Positions 26,838 through 39,140 of a stretch of DNA of 64,000 nucleotides are shown in pieces. Where the stretch lies: NCBI GenBank assembly GCA_963514005.1, contig OY740814.1, positions 13,516,001 through 13,580,000 of the forward strand, read 5' to 3'. The notes under the pieces were generated by a model that was given only the letters and a program-made list of their open reading frames with translations, searched no databases and was not told the origin of the DNA. The DNA is from Raja brachyura (taxonomy: Eukaryota). The position numbers and the translations under genes are program-made. Within the stretch, counting starts at the first letter, position 1. Every line of letters starts with the position of its first letter.

Positions 26838-27694
26838 CTGCAGAATTTAAAAAAAAAAGAGAAACATTAGCTAGCTGTATCTAGTGTGTAACTTACAAAT
26901 CTATGTTTCCTTGGGTCAAATCGACTTGACCAGGGCAGAGCTTAAAGGTGAGAGGGGCAAAGTTTAAAGATGATGTGTGGGGCAAATAATCTTTAAACAG
27001 AGAGGGGTGGGCTTCTGGAAATTGCTGCTAGGTGTGGTGGTGGAGGCAGAAAATATTGTGCCATTTAAGCGGCTTTTAGAAAGGAACATGGATATGCATG
27101 GAATGGAGAGATATGAATCACGTGTAGGCAGATGAGATTTATCTATCTTGTATCATGTTCAGCACAGACATTGTGGCGAAGGACCTGTTCCTGTGTTATA
27201 CTTGCTTAGATGGGTCACAAAGTGAGTAGACCCACTACACAAGACCCCAAGAATAAGGAAATCACAATGCAGATGGTCCAAGAGTCCATTACTCCTATGT
27301 GAGCTCCTTCACTCAGCTTGTATTTTAAGTTATCGTTACTGGGCTTCCATCACTCGACTATCAGAGCCCAAAACAACCCACTCATTTTTCTATTCTTAAA
27401 TAACTACGGATATACTGACTGTTTCAGATCACAACACAGATGCATAAAACACAATCCAACTCTTTCTTTATAGGTACCAGGATCTCCAAATTATTGTTCC
27501 AGCATGCATCACATGCCCCATATTTCTGTGAGCAATGGCCTCTTCACTTGCAACCTCAGCACAATGGGACTGCGACAGGCACACTCCACCTGTAGTTTGG
27601 TCTGGTTCTCTAAAATTCAACCCTCTTTATGCTCTAGTAATGAAAACCCTGGCAACTGTAGCTGTCAGCTCACCTTTGCTCCAGTCTAAATTAC

Positions 27695-27845
27695 CTGCCA
27701 GCGCTTTCACCGTCTCCCGGAAATAATCCACTGTTATGTCCTGGATTGAGCAGACTGCTTCTTGCATGCGCCGGGACCACTCTTCCACTTCTTTCTGAAG
27801 ACTCTGAATTCTCCTTGGACCCAGAGTGTCAAACTCCAATGATTT
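27695..27845 (-). CDS. WHAMM: WHAMM exon 3 (LGPRRI...SIQDITVDYFRETVKALA)
   Basis: ttgcag/gtaatt boundaries, 151 nt. Confidence 0.93.
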
Positions 27846-28077
27846 CTGCAAATATTGGAAGTAGTCAAGTTAGATCAGAAAGTCATATTGGATAAAGGCA
27901 ACTGATCTCCTGACTGTGTGTATATTTTATGGTCAAGCAAGGAAATGCAAAAAAAATTACCTTTGGTTTGACCCGGGGTGAACTCTCACAACACAAATTA
28001 CATAATAAACGTGCCCCCTTGTGGCCCTCAGAAGGAACACTTCATTAGTCTCACATGTGTTCCCATCTGGATTCCCA

Positions 28078-29040
28078 TTAATGATCTGGATGAGGAATTG
28101 AAGGCAATATCTCCAAGTTTGCGAATGACACTAAGCTGGGGGGCATTGTTAGCTGTGAGGAGGATGCTAGGAGACTGCAAGGTGACTTGGATAGGCTGGG
28201 TGAGTGGGCAAATGTTTGGCAGATGCAGTATAATGTAGATAAATGTGAGGTTATCCACTTTGGTGGCAAAACCAGGAAAGCAGACTATTATCTAAATGGT
28301 GGCCGATTAGGAAAAGGGGAGATGCAGCGCGACCTGGGTGTCATGGTACACCAGTCATTGAAAGTAGGCATGCAGGTGCAGCAGGCTGTGAAGAAAGCGA
28401 ATGGTATGTTAGCTTTCATAGCAAAAGGATTTGAGTATAGGAGCAGGAAGGTTCTACTTCAGTTGTACAGGGTCTTGGTGGGACCACACCTGCAGTATTG
28501 CGGACAGTTTTGGTCTCCAAATCTGAGGAAGGACATTATTGCCATAGAGGGAGTGCAGAGAAGGTTCATCAGACTGATTCCTGGGATGACAGGACTGTCT
28601 TATGAAGAAAGACTGGATAGACTCAGTTTATACTCTCTAGAGTTTAGGAGATTGAGAGGGGATCTTATAGAAACTTACAAAATTCTTAAGGGGTTGGACA
28701 GGCTAGATGCAGGAAGATTGTTCCCGATGTTGGGGAAGTCCAGGACAAGGGGTCACAGCTTAAGGATAAGGGGTAAATCCTTTAAGACCGAGATGAGAAA
28801 GACTTTTTTCACACAGAGAGTGGTGAGTCTCTGGAATTCTCTGTCGCAGAGGGTAGTTGAGGCCAGTTCATTGGCTATATTTAAGAGGGAGTTAGATGTG
28901 GCCCTTGTGGCTAAGGGGATAAGAGGGTATGGCGAGAAGGCAGGTACGGGATACTGAGTTGGCCATGATCATATTGAATGGCGGTGCAGGCTCGAAGGGC
29001 CGAATGGCCTACTCCTGCACCTAATTTCTATGTTTCTATG
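28078..29040 (+). mobile_element. Young 5'-truncated CR1 LINE (open ORF2 C-terminus 28187-28957, 3' UTR hairpin and (TTTCTATG)n tail)
   Basis: 256-aa uninterrupted CR1 RT C-terminus (WQMQYNVDKC..ERLDRL..RRLRGDLIETYKI..TRGHSL..FFTQRVV.LWNSL). Confidence 0.93.
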
Positions 29041-29447
29041 TCTATCCTGAGCTGAGCACAAGCACCTAAAATAATGAATTTTACAAATTATTAATATCCT
29101 TCAAAATCCAAAAGAAGTGGAACCAAATCCATTGTGGGCAGAGTCAGCATCAGATAGTCCCAAATCAGGGCCCACATAATCTACTGAAGACCACAACCAG
29201 CTGTACCAGTGTGATGCAAGTCCTCCTCCACCAGTGACTCTGTAGCTTCAGAGATTCTCAAGAGCAGGCACTGGCTGCCCAAGCTGATTACAGCCAGCAA
29301 AGACTTGTAGCCTTTGATTGTACTGCAACCCAAACCATGTCCCTTTACTGCTAAAGCTACTGCTTAACGGCTGACTGTTGCTTCTAATTAAAACTATCAG
29401 TTAAAGTGCAGCATCCCTGAGAAATAAACTGCAACTGCATGAATTAC

Positions 29448-29621
29448 CAAGGCCTCCTGTTTACATAGCGAGGCAAACTCTCGCATATCCCGGAAAGGCT
29501 GCAGTAAACACTGGTAGAATTGCGTGGCGGCAGTGACCAGCTCCTGATAAGCTTCATCTTCCTCCAGGTAGAACCTTATAAGCGTTACCAGATCCTTAGC
29601 TTGAATGTGTTGGTTCAAGAT
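29448..29621 (-). CDS. WHAMM: WHAMM exon 2 (EEDEAYQELVT...LLQPFRDMRE)
   Basis: ttccag/gtaatt boundaries, 174 nt. Confidence 0.93.
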
Positions 29622-30439
29622 CTGGAAAACAGAAAGTCATCCTAGCAAAATCAGCAGCCGACATGTGGCCCCTTAACACAACCCAAGGCCAGAGCCTTCA
29701 CAGAATAATTACATTATAAAAATAACACATACATACAGCCCAGAGAAGAGAGCACTTGTGGGTATCCCTTAAGAGGCTGGGTGGACGAGTCCACAGAACA
29801 GCAACAGCCTGATAATAGTTGTACTCACAGAATACTACTTTCAAGAGAGAGCTAGATAGGGCTCTTAAAAATAATGGAGTCAGGGGATATGGGGAGAAGG
29901 CAGGAACGGGGTACTGATTGGGGATGATCAGCCATGATCACATTGAATGACGGTGCTGGTTCGAAGGGCCAAGTGGCCTACTCCTGCACCTATTGTCTAC
30001 AGTACTTTACAGACATTCACAAACAGATGCCCCAGGCCTGACGGTGATTTAGAAGTAGTCTTCGGGCCAGGAAACTCCTGACAACACTAGACCATCCTCC
30101 CTCAGCTGACATATCAGTGCTCCTCCATGTTGGACAGTATTCAGGTGAAAGATTAAAGAGGTGGGAAACCATTTTTCTCCAGCTATGGCTTATCAGCACC
30201 ATCGCTGACTAAACCGTGAAGGTCCGAGAGAGAACCTCATTATCACAGATGCCAGTCTGTACCCTATTCAATTTACTCCAATGATATCAAGACATAGCTG
30301 AGAGTACTGGACACAGCAAAGGACCACAGGGTTAGGCAACATCCCAATTGCAATACCGAAGACCCACACACTAAAAACAGCTGAGCCTCTCACCAAGTTA
30401 ATTTCAGTACAACACTGAATTATAATCAACATTCACAAA

Positions 30440-31330
30440 CAGGTATATCCTGGTGGACTCATTGTTTCTGCCTGCTCTTGCCTTGCCGAAACTCTCTCTT
30501 CGTGACTTGCCTCTATCCTGTCCCCCCAATGTCCAGTTCCTTCCCACCTACACCTCACCTGCCCTCCACTATTTTGACAATTTTCAATTCCCTGGTTCCA
30601 ACTGCCTCATCTTCATCACGGATGTCCAGTCCCAAGCACCATCCCCCATCAGGAAGGCCTTAGGATTCGGTTTCATTCTGGAACAAAGACACAACCAGTT
30701 CCCCGACGCCAATTCACATCCACCTGGCAGAACGTGTTCTCGCCCTCAACAACTTTTGCTTCTGATTCCTCCTTTGTTGCAAACCTATTCTGGCACCACT
30801 CTCCAACTCATTCTCTGCTACTTTGATAGCTGCGTTGCTACAGCTTTCTGCATTCGTGCAGAACTTGGCATTTTTACCACTTTTTCCACCAACTTCCACC
30901 GTGCCCTCAAATTCCCTGGAACATGTCTGACGCTTTTCATTTTCTGGATGCGTTTCCATTTCAGGAGACAATTTATTCAACAATATCTACTACAGACCTA
31001 TAGACTACCACTACTAACTTGTCCACACTTCCTCCCACTCAGTCTCTTACACAGGTGCCATTCATTTATCTTAGTTTCTCCAGCTCAACTCTGGAAAAGG
31101 CTTTCCAGTCTAGGGCTTCTGAAATGTCATTCTCATACTGGAATCATGGCTTCCCCTCCTTCCCCAGACAGAACTGAGATAGAGATCCCCAGGTCCTTTT
31201 ATCCTAGTAGACTTTGCTCCCAGCACATCATCCTTTGTCATTTCCACTAACTGCAATGGAATTCCCTTCTTTCCAACACTCTCCTCCTCCAACATGTTTT
31301 CTGCAGGAACCACTCTCTCCACAGTTTACT
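30440..31330 (+). mobile_element. Degenerate Penelope-like reverse-transcriptase fragment
   Basis: LPTY..ALHYFDNFQFPGSNCLIFITDVQS..ILEQRHNQFP resembles PLE RT motif A region; frameshifted. Confidence 0.7.
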
Positions 31331-31817
31331 GTCCTAGTCATCCCTTCCCGGCCATTTGGGGAACTTTTTAGCTTGACATCGCATCAACAACTGTACAACG
31401 TATAACACCTTATTGAAGTAGAAAATTAAACAACAAGGCCAAACATGTACATCTATGTTATTTGGGTAGGGTCGGGTGAATACCAGGAATATGAAGGACA
31501 AACATGTTAATAACCCTGGTTTGACGCACGGTGAAGTTGCGCCACACACTGTAAATAGCTCTATAGTCAGGGCATAAGTCAGCCATTCTTGTGGATCAAA
31601 TTCCCATCTGACAGCACGCTAGTTCCATCCCTTCCTCCACTGCCCCCAATCGGTGTGCACTTTGTAACCGGTAGGTATACATACACTTGCAACTTCGGCC
31701 CCTCCATGCTGAGAAGAATCAGTGCCTGAACTGCGATTGCAAGAAAATAGAAACACAGATCATAGGGGAACCTGAAAGACGTGAACCCGTCCACCGCCAA
31801 GTTGCCACCTCACGCAC

Positions 31818-32375
31818 CTTCCTGAGCGCCTCCCGTCCGCCGGCCACCCGCTGCTCCAGGCTGCGGCCGCGGAGCTCGCTCACACTCTCGAAGTAGTCCT
31901 CGACCTCGCCCTCGGGGAAGAGAGTATCCAGGGCGATGCGATGTCCGCACAGCTCGATGGCGGCGTCCAGGTAGAGTTCGAGCTGGCGGCAGACGGAGTC
32001 CAGGTCGGTGCCGGGCTCCGAGCCCTCGGCCAGAGAGCTGCCCGGGAACAGGAGGCCCCACAGACCCCGGGGCCTAAGCTCGGGCAGCGCGGGGAAGCAG
32101 CGCTCCAGGGCGGCGCAGCTGGCCGCCAGCACCCGGTGGATGCAGCAGAGCTCCTGCGGGGAGTAGAGCGCAGCCCAGCTGCTCGGGGCCGGGGCCTCGG
32201 CCTCGGGCTCGGCGACCCGCGCCTGGAGCGGCCGGTTGTGGCAGGTGACGGCGAACTTTCCCTCCACCTCGTTCCAGGCCGCCAGGAAGCGCAGGCGGGG
32301 GCGCTGTGTCTCCGCGAACAGGCCGCTCTTCACCGAGACCCAGCCGTCCAGGCTGTCCATCCGCTCGGCGTCCAT
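31818..32375 (-). CDS. WHAMM: WHAMM exon 1 (WMD domain)
   Basis: ATG of MDAERMDSLDGW at 32375; gtgcgt donor after ALRK; CpG-rich. An in-frame upstream ATG at 32411 is also present. Confidence 0.9.
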
Positions 32376-32411
32376 GGGCCGGCTGGGCCGGCAGCCGCAT
32401 CGCCCTGGCAT

Positions 32412-32530
32412 CCCTCCCCTCCCCCCCTGACGTCACCCAGCGGCGCGACGTCAGAGCCAACCGCGCGCCCTCCGTGACGTCACGGAAAGGCCCGGGCGCA
32501 GGCGCCGGTGGCAACGGCTGAGGGCGGCCT
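32412..32530 (-). promoter_or_regulatory. WHAMM CpG-island promoter with clustered CRE (TGACGTCA) sites
   Basis: TGACGTCA at 32428-32435 and 32475-32482; CGACGTCA at 32446-32453; CpG-dense and directly upstream of the ATG. Confidence 0.7.
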
Positions 32531-32552
32531 GGCCTGGTCTGTCCCGTCCCCA

Positions 32553-32957
32553 CACATCACCCATCACATAACATCTTCTCCATTCTGCCATCTGGGAAGA
32601 GGTGCAGGAGCATCAGCTGCAAAACCAGCAGGATGCTACACAGCTTCTTCCCACGGGCAATAAGACTGGTTAACGGACTGTGTCCCCTCCCCATACATCA
32701 CACACCAAATCATCTAATCTCGCCCATACTTGGACAGCTAGGCACCTGTCAAAGCTTGCTACTGTTCGGTCTGAAAGTCTGTTTTTAGTTCAAATTTTAG
32801 GCCTACTTTTAGATATGTTAAGTTTATTTTTTTTATGTTGTATGTATTTATTCTGTTTTTATTAACTGCACTGATAGGAACTGATTGATAAACAATTTTT
32901 CGTTTCTTCTGTGTATGTAAGTACTCAGTTAAAATGACATTAAAGTAAATACTGAAT
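32553..32957 (+). mobile_element. Rex1/Babar-like LINE 3' fragment
   Basis: Reads H.IFSILPSGKRCRSISCKTSRMLHSFFPRAIRLVN, then AT-rich UTR and gacattaaag tail. Confidence 0.7.
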
Positions 32958-32960
32958 ATT

Positions 32961-34040
32961 CACCGGGCCTGACCTATCCCCTCACCGGACCTGACCCAGA
33001 TAACCTAGGGTCCCAGCGGGTTCGTACAGGTAACGCAGGGTCAGCTCAGGTGATCCCTGGTCACAATAGGTCACCCCAGGTAACCCTGGGCACAGCAAGT
33101 CATAGAAACATAGAAAATGGGTGCAGGAGGAGGTCATTCGGCCCTTCAAGCCAGCACCGCCATTCATTGTGATCATGGCTGATCGTCCCCTATCAATAAC
33201 CCGTGCCTGCCTTCTCCCCATATCCCTTGATGCTACTAGCCCCTATCTAACTCTTAAATCCATCCAGTGACAGTCTCCACTGCTCTCTGTGGCAGGGAAT
33301 TCCATAAATTCACAACTCTCTGGGTGAAAAAGTTTTTTCTCACCTCAGTCTTAAATGACCTCCCCTTTATTCTAGTCACCTCGGGTCCAGGCGCAAATTG
33401 GAGGAACAATTTCCCTCTCCATCCCCTCCCCCTTTCCAGTTCTCCGGCCAGTCTTACTATCTTCGACTACATTTTAACTCTGTTTGCTTTGTTGTTACCT
33501 TATCCCAATTAACAATCTGTTCTACATTTTCCTAGTTCTCCATTTCCTTTGTCCTGTTTTCACACCTAACGCTATTATAACACCTTATCTAAAGGCTTCC
33601 TTATTATGTAACTCCCACTCCCCTGACATCAGTCTGAAGAAGGGTCTCGACCCATTCCTTCTCTCCAGAAATGCTGCCAGTCCCACCAGTCTCCAATATT
33701 TTGTGTCTACCTTCGATTTAAACCAACATCTGGAGTTCCTTCATACACATTGGGTCATAGCAGATCAGCCCGGTTAACCTAGGGTGACAGGTCAGCCTCG
33801 GTAACCTCGGATCAGTCCAGGTAACCCCAGGTCACAGCGGGAGAAGGCAGATTAACCCAAGGTCACAGTGGATGAGCGCAGGTCACAGCAGCTCAGTCCA
33901 AGGACCCTGGGTTAGCCCAGGTAACACTGGGCACAACGAGTCAGTCCAAGTAATTCTGGATCACAGCAGGCCAGCCCACGTAACCCCGGGTCAGCCCAGG
34001 TAACATCGGGTCAGCTAGGTTACTCTCAGTCTCAGCGGAT
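32961..34040. repeat. Imperfect GC-rich minisatellite (about gggtcacagc.ggtcagcccaggtaacc) split by CR1 and Penelope insertions at 33098-33749
   Basis: Repeated ggtca/cagc/ggtaac units at 32961-33097 and 33750-34040. Confidence 0.75.
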
Positions 34041-35505
34041 CAGATAAGTCAAACATGATTTCCCTTTGTAAGTGCATGTTGTCACATATTATTAGTCACA
34101 TATTATTTTCTAAGTGCCTTGCTATTACTTTATTGTAAATTTTAACACTTTCCCAACTACTAGTGTCAGTAATTGGACACCAATTTGCTTGAAGAAATAA
34201 CTTGATTAAAATACAGACTACTCATTCAGGTTTAAAAGAATGACTGATCTTATTAAAACATAAAATTCTAAGGGATGGATACTGTGAGAATGTTTACCCT
34301 TGTGAAGTTATCAAAATTTCCTCTCAAAGGGTTCTGAATCTTTGAAATTCTCAGAGAGCTGTGGTGGTGGAGATTGACATATTTACACCACAAGAGGCAA
34401 GAGATATTCCAAGAGAGCAATAAGCGTGTTGGGGCTGGGATGGGTCACCAATGATTTTATTAAATGGTCAGGCAGATGTGAGGGGCAGATTGGCCGGCTC
34501 CTATTACTATCTTCTTTATTCAGCATAAACGTAGTTGGAGCTGATTCCTTAATTGGACTACATGCTGTTTGCATTCCCAGCCTGCTCTCTGAGGAGTGGC
34601 TTTGCTGAAGGTCATGTGTCACCAAGTAGCTAAATATACAGCAGGCAGATTGCCAGAGCCATGAGAGGATTGGAGTGAGGGGAAAAAGCGAGGTGCCTAC
34701 AGAGCGTGGTTTCAAGAATAATCAGGAATACTGATCTCTGAACAGGTACAAATACTGAGCTGCTCTGGTTCTCTATAATTCAGTCATTGAAAAGCATCCC
34801 AGACATTTGACAAGAACAGCTGTGGCCTGAAACTAAACATGTCCCCTAAAGTTTGGTGCATATACCAAACTATTTTTAAGCTTTGGAGACCAATTTCTGT
34901 TACCAGAAAGTTGTTTTTTTGTGATTTAAGAATCAGATTCTTTAACAGAAGTTTCTGAACATTTTTGCTGTGCAGTTGCCTTTTGTGAATCATTGTTTGA
35001 ACACAACCTTGAATGTTTTCTTCCCGCCACCCAGTAACCTTCCCCTTGATGGAGCTCGGAATAGACTGTCTTCTGTTTCGGGCAATGACATAGCCCATCA
35101 AAAATAACCAACAGTGTGCAAGGACAACCGCTGCTGGGGCAGAGATCACTAGCTTGGTAGAGATCACATGCTTGGCAGAGATCTTTAACTTTGCTTCACT
35201 TGCCCTTCCAGTAAATTTGGTGGACTTTGTAGTATTATTAGTATTTTTCCACTGTCTTAGCATCTCAATGTATTCTATGCATGGACAATTTTCACAATCT
35301 GGGAACCATTATGATAGATTTTTAATAAATCTCTTCAATAATCGATCCACAATTTATTAGGAATGAACAGTGAAGACTGTGACAGCTGATAGGTTAGGAA
35401 TTTGTTTCTGATCTCACCTGTTTTTTTTATTTCTGCCCTCTGTAAGATCGCAGGGCAAGTGAATTCAGTGTGAAACCACCGGTTCCTCCTGTACACGTGA
35501 AGACA

Positions 35506-36261
35506 ATGAAGAACCAGGAAACACCACATGAGCCCGGTGGTCTGGAACCAGCGATAGAGAGTCCCAAAGAGCAGGGCACAGGCAAGGAACCTTCACCCTC
35601 CCAGGGGGCAGAGGAGGGAGGAGACGCGGAGGCTCCAGAACCTGAAGGATTCCGGTTCTATCATATGGACCTCTATGAACCTAGGGAATGCTTGGAGATT
35701 TTTTCAGACAAACAGTCAACATCCAAAGTGGCAGCCCTGCAGGATACATCGCATAGTGTCCTGCGTATTGAGGAGGACCTTGTAGCAGAGGGACTCCCTG
35801 TGGATCTGCTGAGCCATGACATCTACAGAGAGGACCCTGGCTGTTTGTCTTTTCCAGATGCAGAGTCTGGTACTTGTCGGAACCTAATGGAATTTGCCAA
35901 CATCCTCCCTTTGCAAAAGCAGTTTGATCCCTTCCAGCAAATTGTGGATTACTCAGAAAGCGCAAGTCAGTGCAGCGAAGGGCTCTTCAGCCCAATATCA
36001 GAGCAAAGCGTTTTTGAAGAGTCTGAGACAGAGGGTACCACAACCAAGTTTGGAGATGATGTGGAAGAGAGCGTCAGAGATCGCAGAAGCCCGAGAAACA
36101 ACGCTTCCAAGGAGACAGAACTGGAGCCAGATGACCAGGACACAACCCCGGATGTTTATTGTCAGTCCTGTGATATTCCAATTCCCGCTTTTGAGAAGCT
36201 CTTTGGATTCCATAAACATCACAGCGTGATCCCATTAGCAGAGGCCGCAGTAATTGCCAAG
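35506..36261 (+). CDS. FSD2: FSD2 first coding exon (acidic N-terminus plus B-box)
   Basis: First in-frame ATG after the acceptor near 35446; gtacgt donor; start codon inferred. Confidence 0.85.
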
Positions 36262-36826
36262 GTACGTATGACAAACCAATTCCACAATGCTGAACAGCAG
36301 AGACCTCAGAGCTCTGCAACAGCTGAGGATGTAGCTGACAAGGCCCGTGATTGTTGGCTGTAGCCCTTTCCCTGGGAAGAGAAGTGTAGGGGGAAGCTTC
36401 CCACTCTAGCCAATCCAGTCCATGTGATGTTTTGTGCATCCTCAGCGCTATTGGGTAGGAATGGGATCCCATCCCAGACACAAGATGAGGAAATACACAA
36501 GAAAAGATTGCATATATTCTGCAGTTTATGCAACACAGGTGGAGAGAAAAAAAGTTAATGTTTCACTTTGATGGCCTTCCATCACAACAAGACGAAGAAA
36601 TACTTAACCTTTAATTAAGTGGATAGGTTTGAGATGAGCTGCCACATGGTGCGGTGGATACAGATCCAGTAATGGTCCAGGGATGGGGAGTGGGGCAAAC
36701 TAGATTACTTCTAAGGAGCCACTTTGCATTGATGGGGCTCCTTCAGCACTGTATGCACTGATCCACTGATTTCACAATTAACATTTTGAACCCTGACTTA
36801 TTCAGAGTTTTGTGGCTTTTTTCCAG

Positions 36827-36922
36827 CTCAAGTGTCAGAACAATCTGAAGAAGTTGGAGCAGCAACTGATACAGATGGAGACATTTTCTAACCACCTGCA
36901 GGAAATATTTGTCACTGTTGAA
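36827..36922 (+). CDS. FSD2: FSD2 exon (LKCQNNLKKLEQQLIQMETFSNHLQEIFVTVE)
   Basis: ttccag/gtaaga boundaries, 96 nt. Confidence 0.92.
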
Positions 36923-38282
36923 GTAAGAGTTTAGATTTTCTTTCATGCTTCCCGTGTTCACCTTTTGCTCAGCAATTCATCAACAGCTTCACCTTGATGT
37001 TAAGTTGCTGTATCTGCCATATTTTCCATTTCACTATTGTACATAGCAGGAAGGATGTACCCGTCTTTCCAATGAGATGATAAACTGTGTAATAAGTCCC
37101 CCCTCTTGACTCTGAACTTCTCGTTCTAGATTCTCGTAACTTTCAAACTGTTTTAATGTGGTCACCGCATTCTTCTAAATTCCAGAGAATGTCGGCCCAT
37201 TGGCCTCAGCTTCTCCTCAGGGAGTCTCCTTTTATTCCAGCAGCCACCTGGTAAATGAAGCTTACACATAACCAATAACTTATCGCATGCTCTTTCCTTC
37301 ATATGGAAATCACAGGGTTATGAACGCAGCCTTGCCCATCATGCAAATCAGCCTCCCCACCAACAATTTCATCCACACTTCATACTCTCCCTTGAGAGCT
37401 GCCAACAAGTCAAGGACCACTCGCACCCTGGCCATTTCTCCCCTTCCCCATTAGGCAGAAGTTACAAAAGTTTTAAAGCTTGTAGGCACCTGACATGTGG
37501 GAATTCTTTAAAGGACCAGCATATTCCTGGGAGGATGAAAGACGAGGATGTCAAGGTTTGGGAACATTGGATGACAAGATTCAAAAGCAACTTCTTTCTC
37601 TCGGTTGTCACACTCTTGCGTGGACCTTTCATGTGCCAAGGATGAATTCCTGATCACACGATCTTCTTTGTTACGGCATTTACACTATTTTCTGCACTTT
37701 CTCCATAGTTGTAACACTATATTCAGCAATCTATTTTTCCCTCACACACTACCTTTTCCACTCTGTCTAATTGTGTTGTTACTTTTGTGGAGCTATGGAC
37801 TTGGACCCCAAGATCTCTCTGTACATTAATGCTGTTTAGGATCATGTCATTAACCTTACATTTAACATACTGAAATGCAACACCACACACTTACCTGGGT
37901 TAACCTCCACCTGTCATTCTTTGACATCCTTCATCAATGTCCATAACTCTACCACAATTTCTTGCTCCTTTTATATTCCTCAAGGCCCATGTCCGATTTT
38001 AGCTTCCTAAACATATGTTTTTTTGGGCTGAACGTGGGATCATATAACCTGTCCACGTTCTCCAGAGATGCTTTTTGACTCACTGAGTTACTCCAGCAGT
38101 TTGTGTCTTTTTTTGTAAACCTGCATCTGCAATTCCCTGTATCCGTATAATATTTCTTGTCATCCACGGTTCCCAAACCTTGACATCCTCGCCTTTCATC
38201 CTCACAGGAATATGCTGGTCCTTTAAAGAATTCCCACACGTCAGGTATGTACTTGCTTTCAAACAGCCTCTCCCAATCTTCT

Positions 38283-38463
38283 GCTGGAATAACTCAGCGG
38301 GACAGGCAGCCTCTCTGGAGAGAAGGAATGGGTGACATTTCGGGTCGAGACCCTTCTTCAGACTCGAAACGTCATCCATTTCTTCTCTCCAGAGATGCTG
38401 CCTGTCCCGCTGAGTAACTCCAGCATTTTGGGTCTACCTTCGATTTAAACCAGCATCTGCAGT
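38283..38463. mobile_element. Palindromic Penelope-derived insertion with 14-bp TSD
   Basis: TSD tctcccaatcttct at 38269-38282 and 38464-38477. Confidence 0.75.
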
Positions 38464-38906
38464 TCTCCCAATCTTCTTGCTCAGTCTAATACCTTACAGA
38501 AGTCCTATAGAAACAGCATAGAGTTCTGCCTTCGCCAGATATAATCCACATTGCTGGACAAGTCCCAGAGTCCTGCAATAAATAACACATAACATTGACA
38601 AAAGAGCAAATTGCCACATTATCTTGTTTGTCTTCATAATATCAGAGATATTCCCTTTGTTTTACCCATCCTGCTCCCACCTTGTCTGCTGCTGAAAACG
38701 ATTGAAAACCAACTTATTTTCTCTCTTTCCCAATTCAGGTGAAGTGTTTCACACCCAAGTTATTCATTTTGATTTTCTTCGCACGGATGCGGGGAGGCTG
38801 CCCAATATTTTTGCCATTCGTCCATTTAATCAAAGGCTTTGTAAGTTCAATGATGCACTGATATCTCCATCATTATTGTTAACACCACACTGTGTTTGAA
38901 CAACAG

Positions 38907-39140
38907 GAGAACATTGGTAAACAGGAGCACTACCTGGAACTGCAGTACGACGACTTGATGCAGTTCTTAGTTCAGCGTTTCGAGGACAGGAGCCAGGGGC
39001 TGGAGGAGGAGAAGAAGCTGAAGCTGGAGAAGTTGTACAATATGCTGGTGAGCTATGGGCACAGCATGGATGGCTACAAGGAACTGATGGAAGCCACTGA
39101 CGTGCTCTTCACGACTGAAGACAAGCAAGCTTTCCTGAAG
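38907..39140 (+). CDS. FSD2: FSD2 exon (ENIGKQEH...KLEKLY...AFLK)
   Basis: caacag/gtgatc boundaries, 234 nt, coiled coil. Confidence 0.92.

Larger units (their letters stand above)
21879..32375 (-). other. WHAMM: WHAMM gene (Arp2/3 nucleation-promoting factor), 10 coding exons, about 747 aa
   Basis: Exons sum to 2244 nt in frame. N-terminus DSLDGWVSVK..RFLAAWNEVEGKFAVTCH, coiled coil, poly-Pro, two WH2, C and acidic Trp tail (EEWDS*). Confidence 0.93.

Noticed and set aside
31810-32553. Antisense and alternative-frame ORFs over WHAMM exon 1
   Set aside because: Expected stop-codon scarcity in a CpG island.
32961-34040. Repeat array as CRISPR-like
   Set aside because: Eukaryotic context, degenerate tandem units, no unique spacers and no cas genes.
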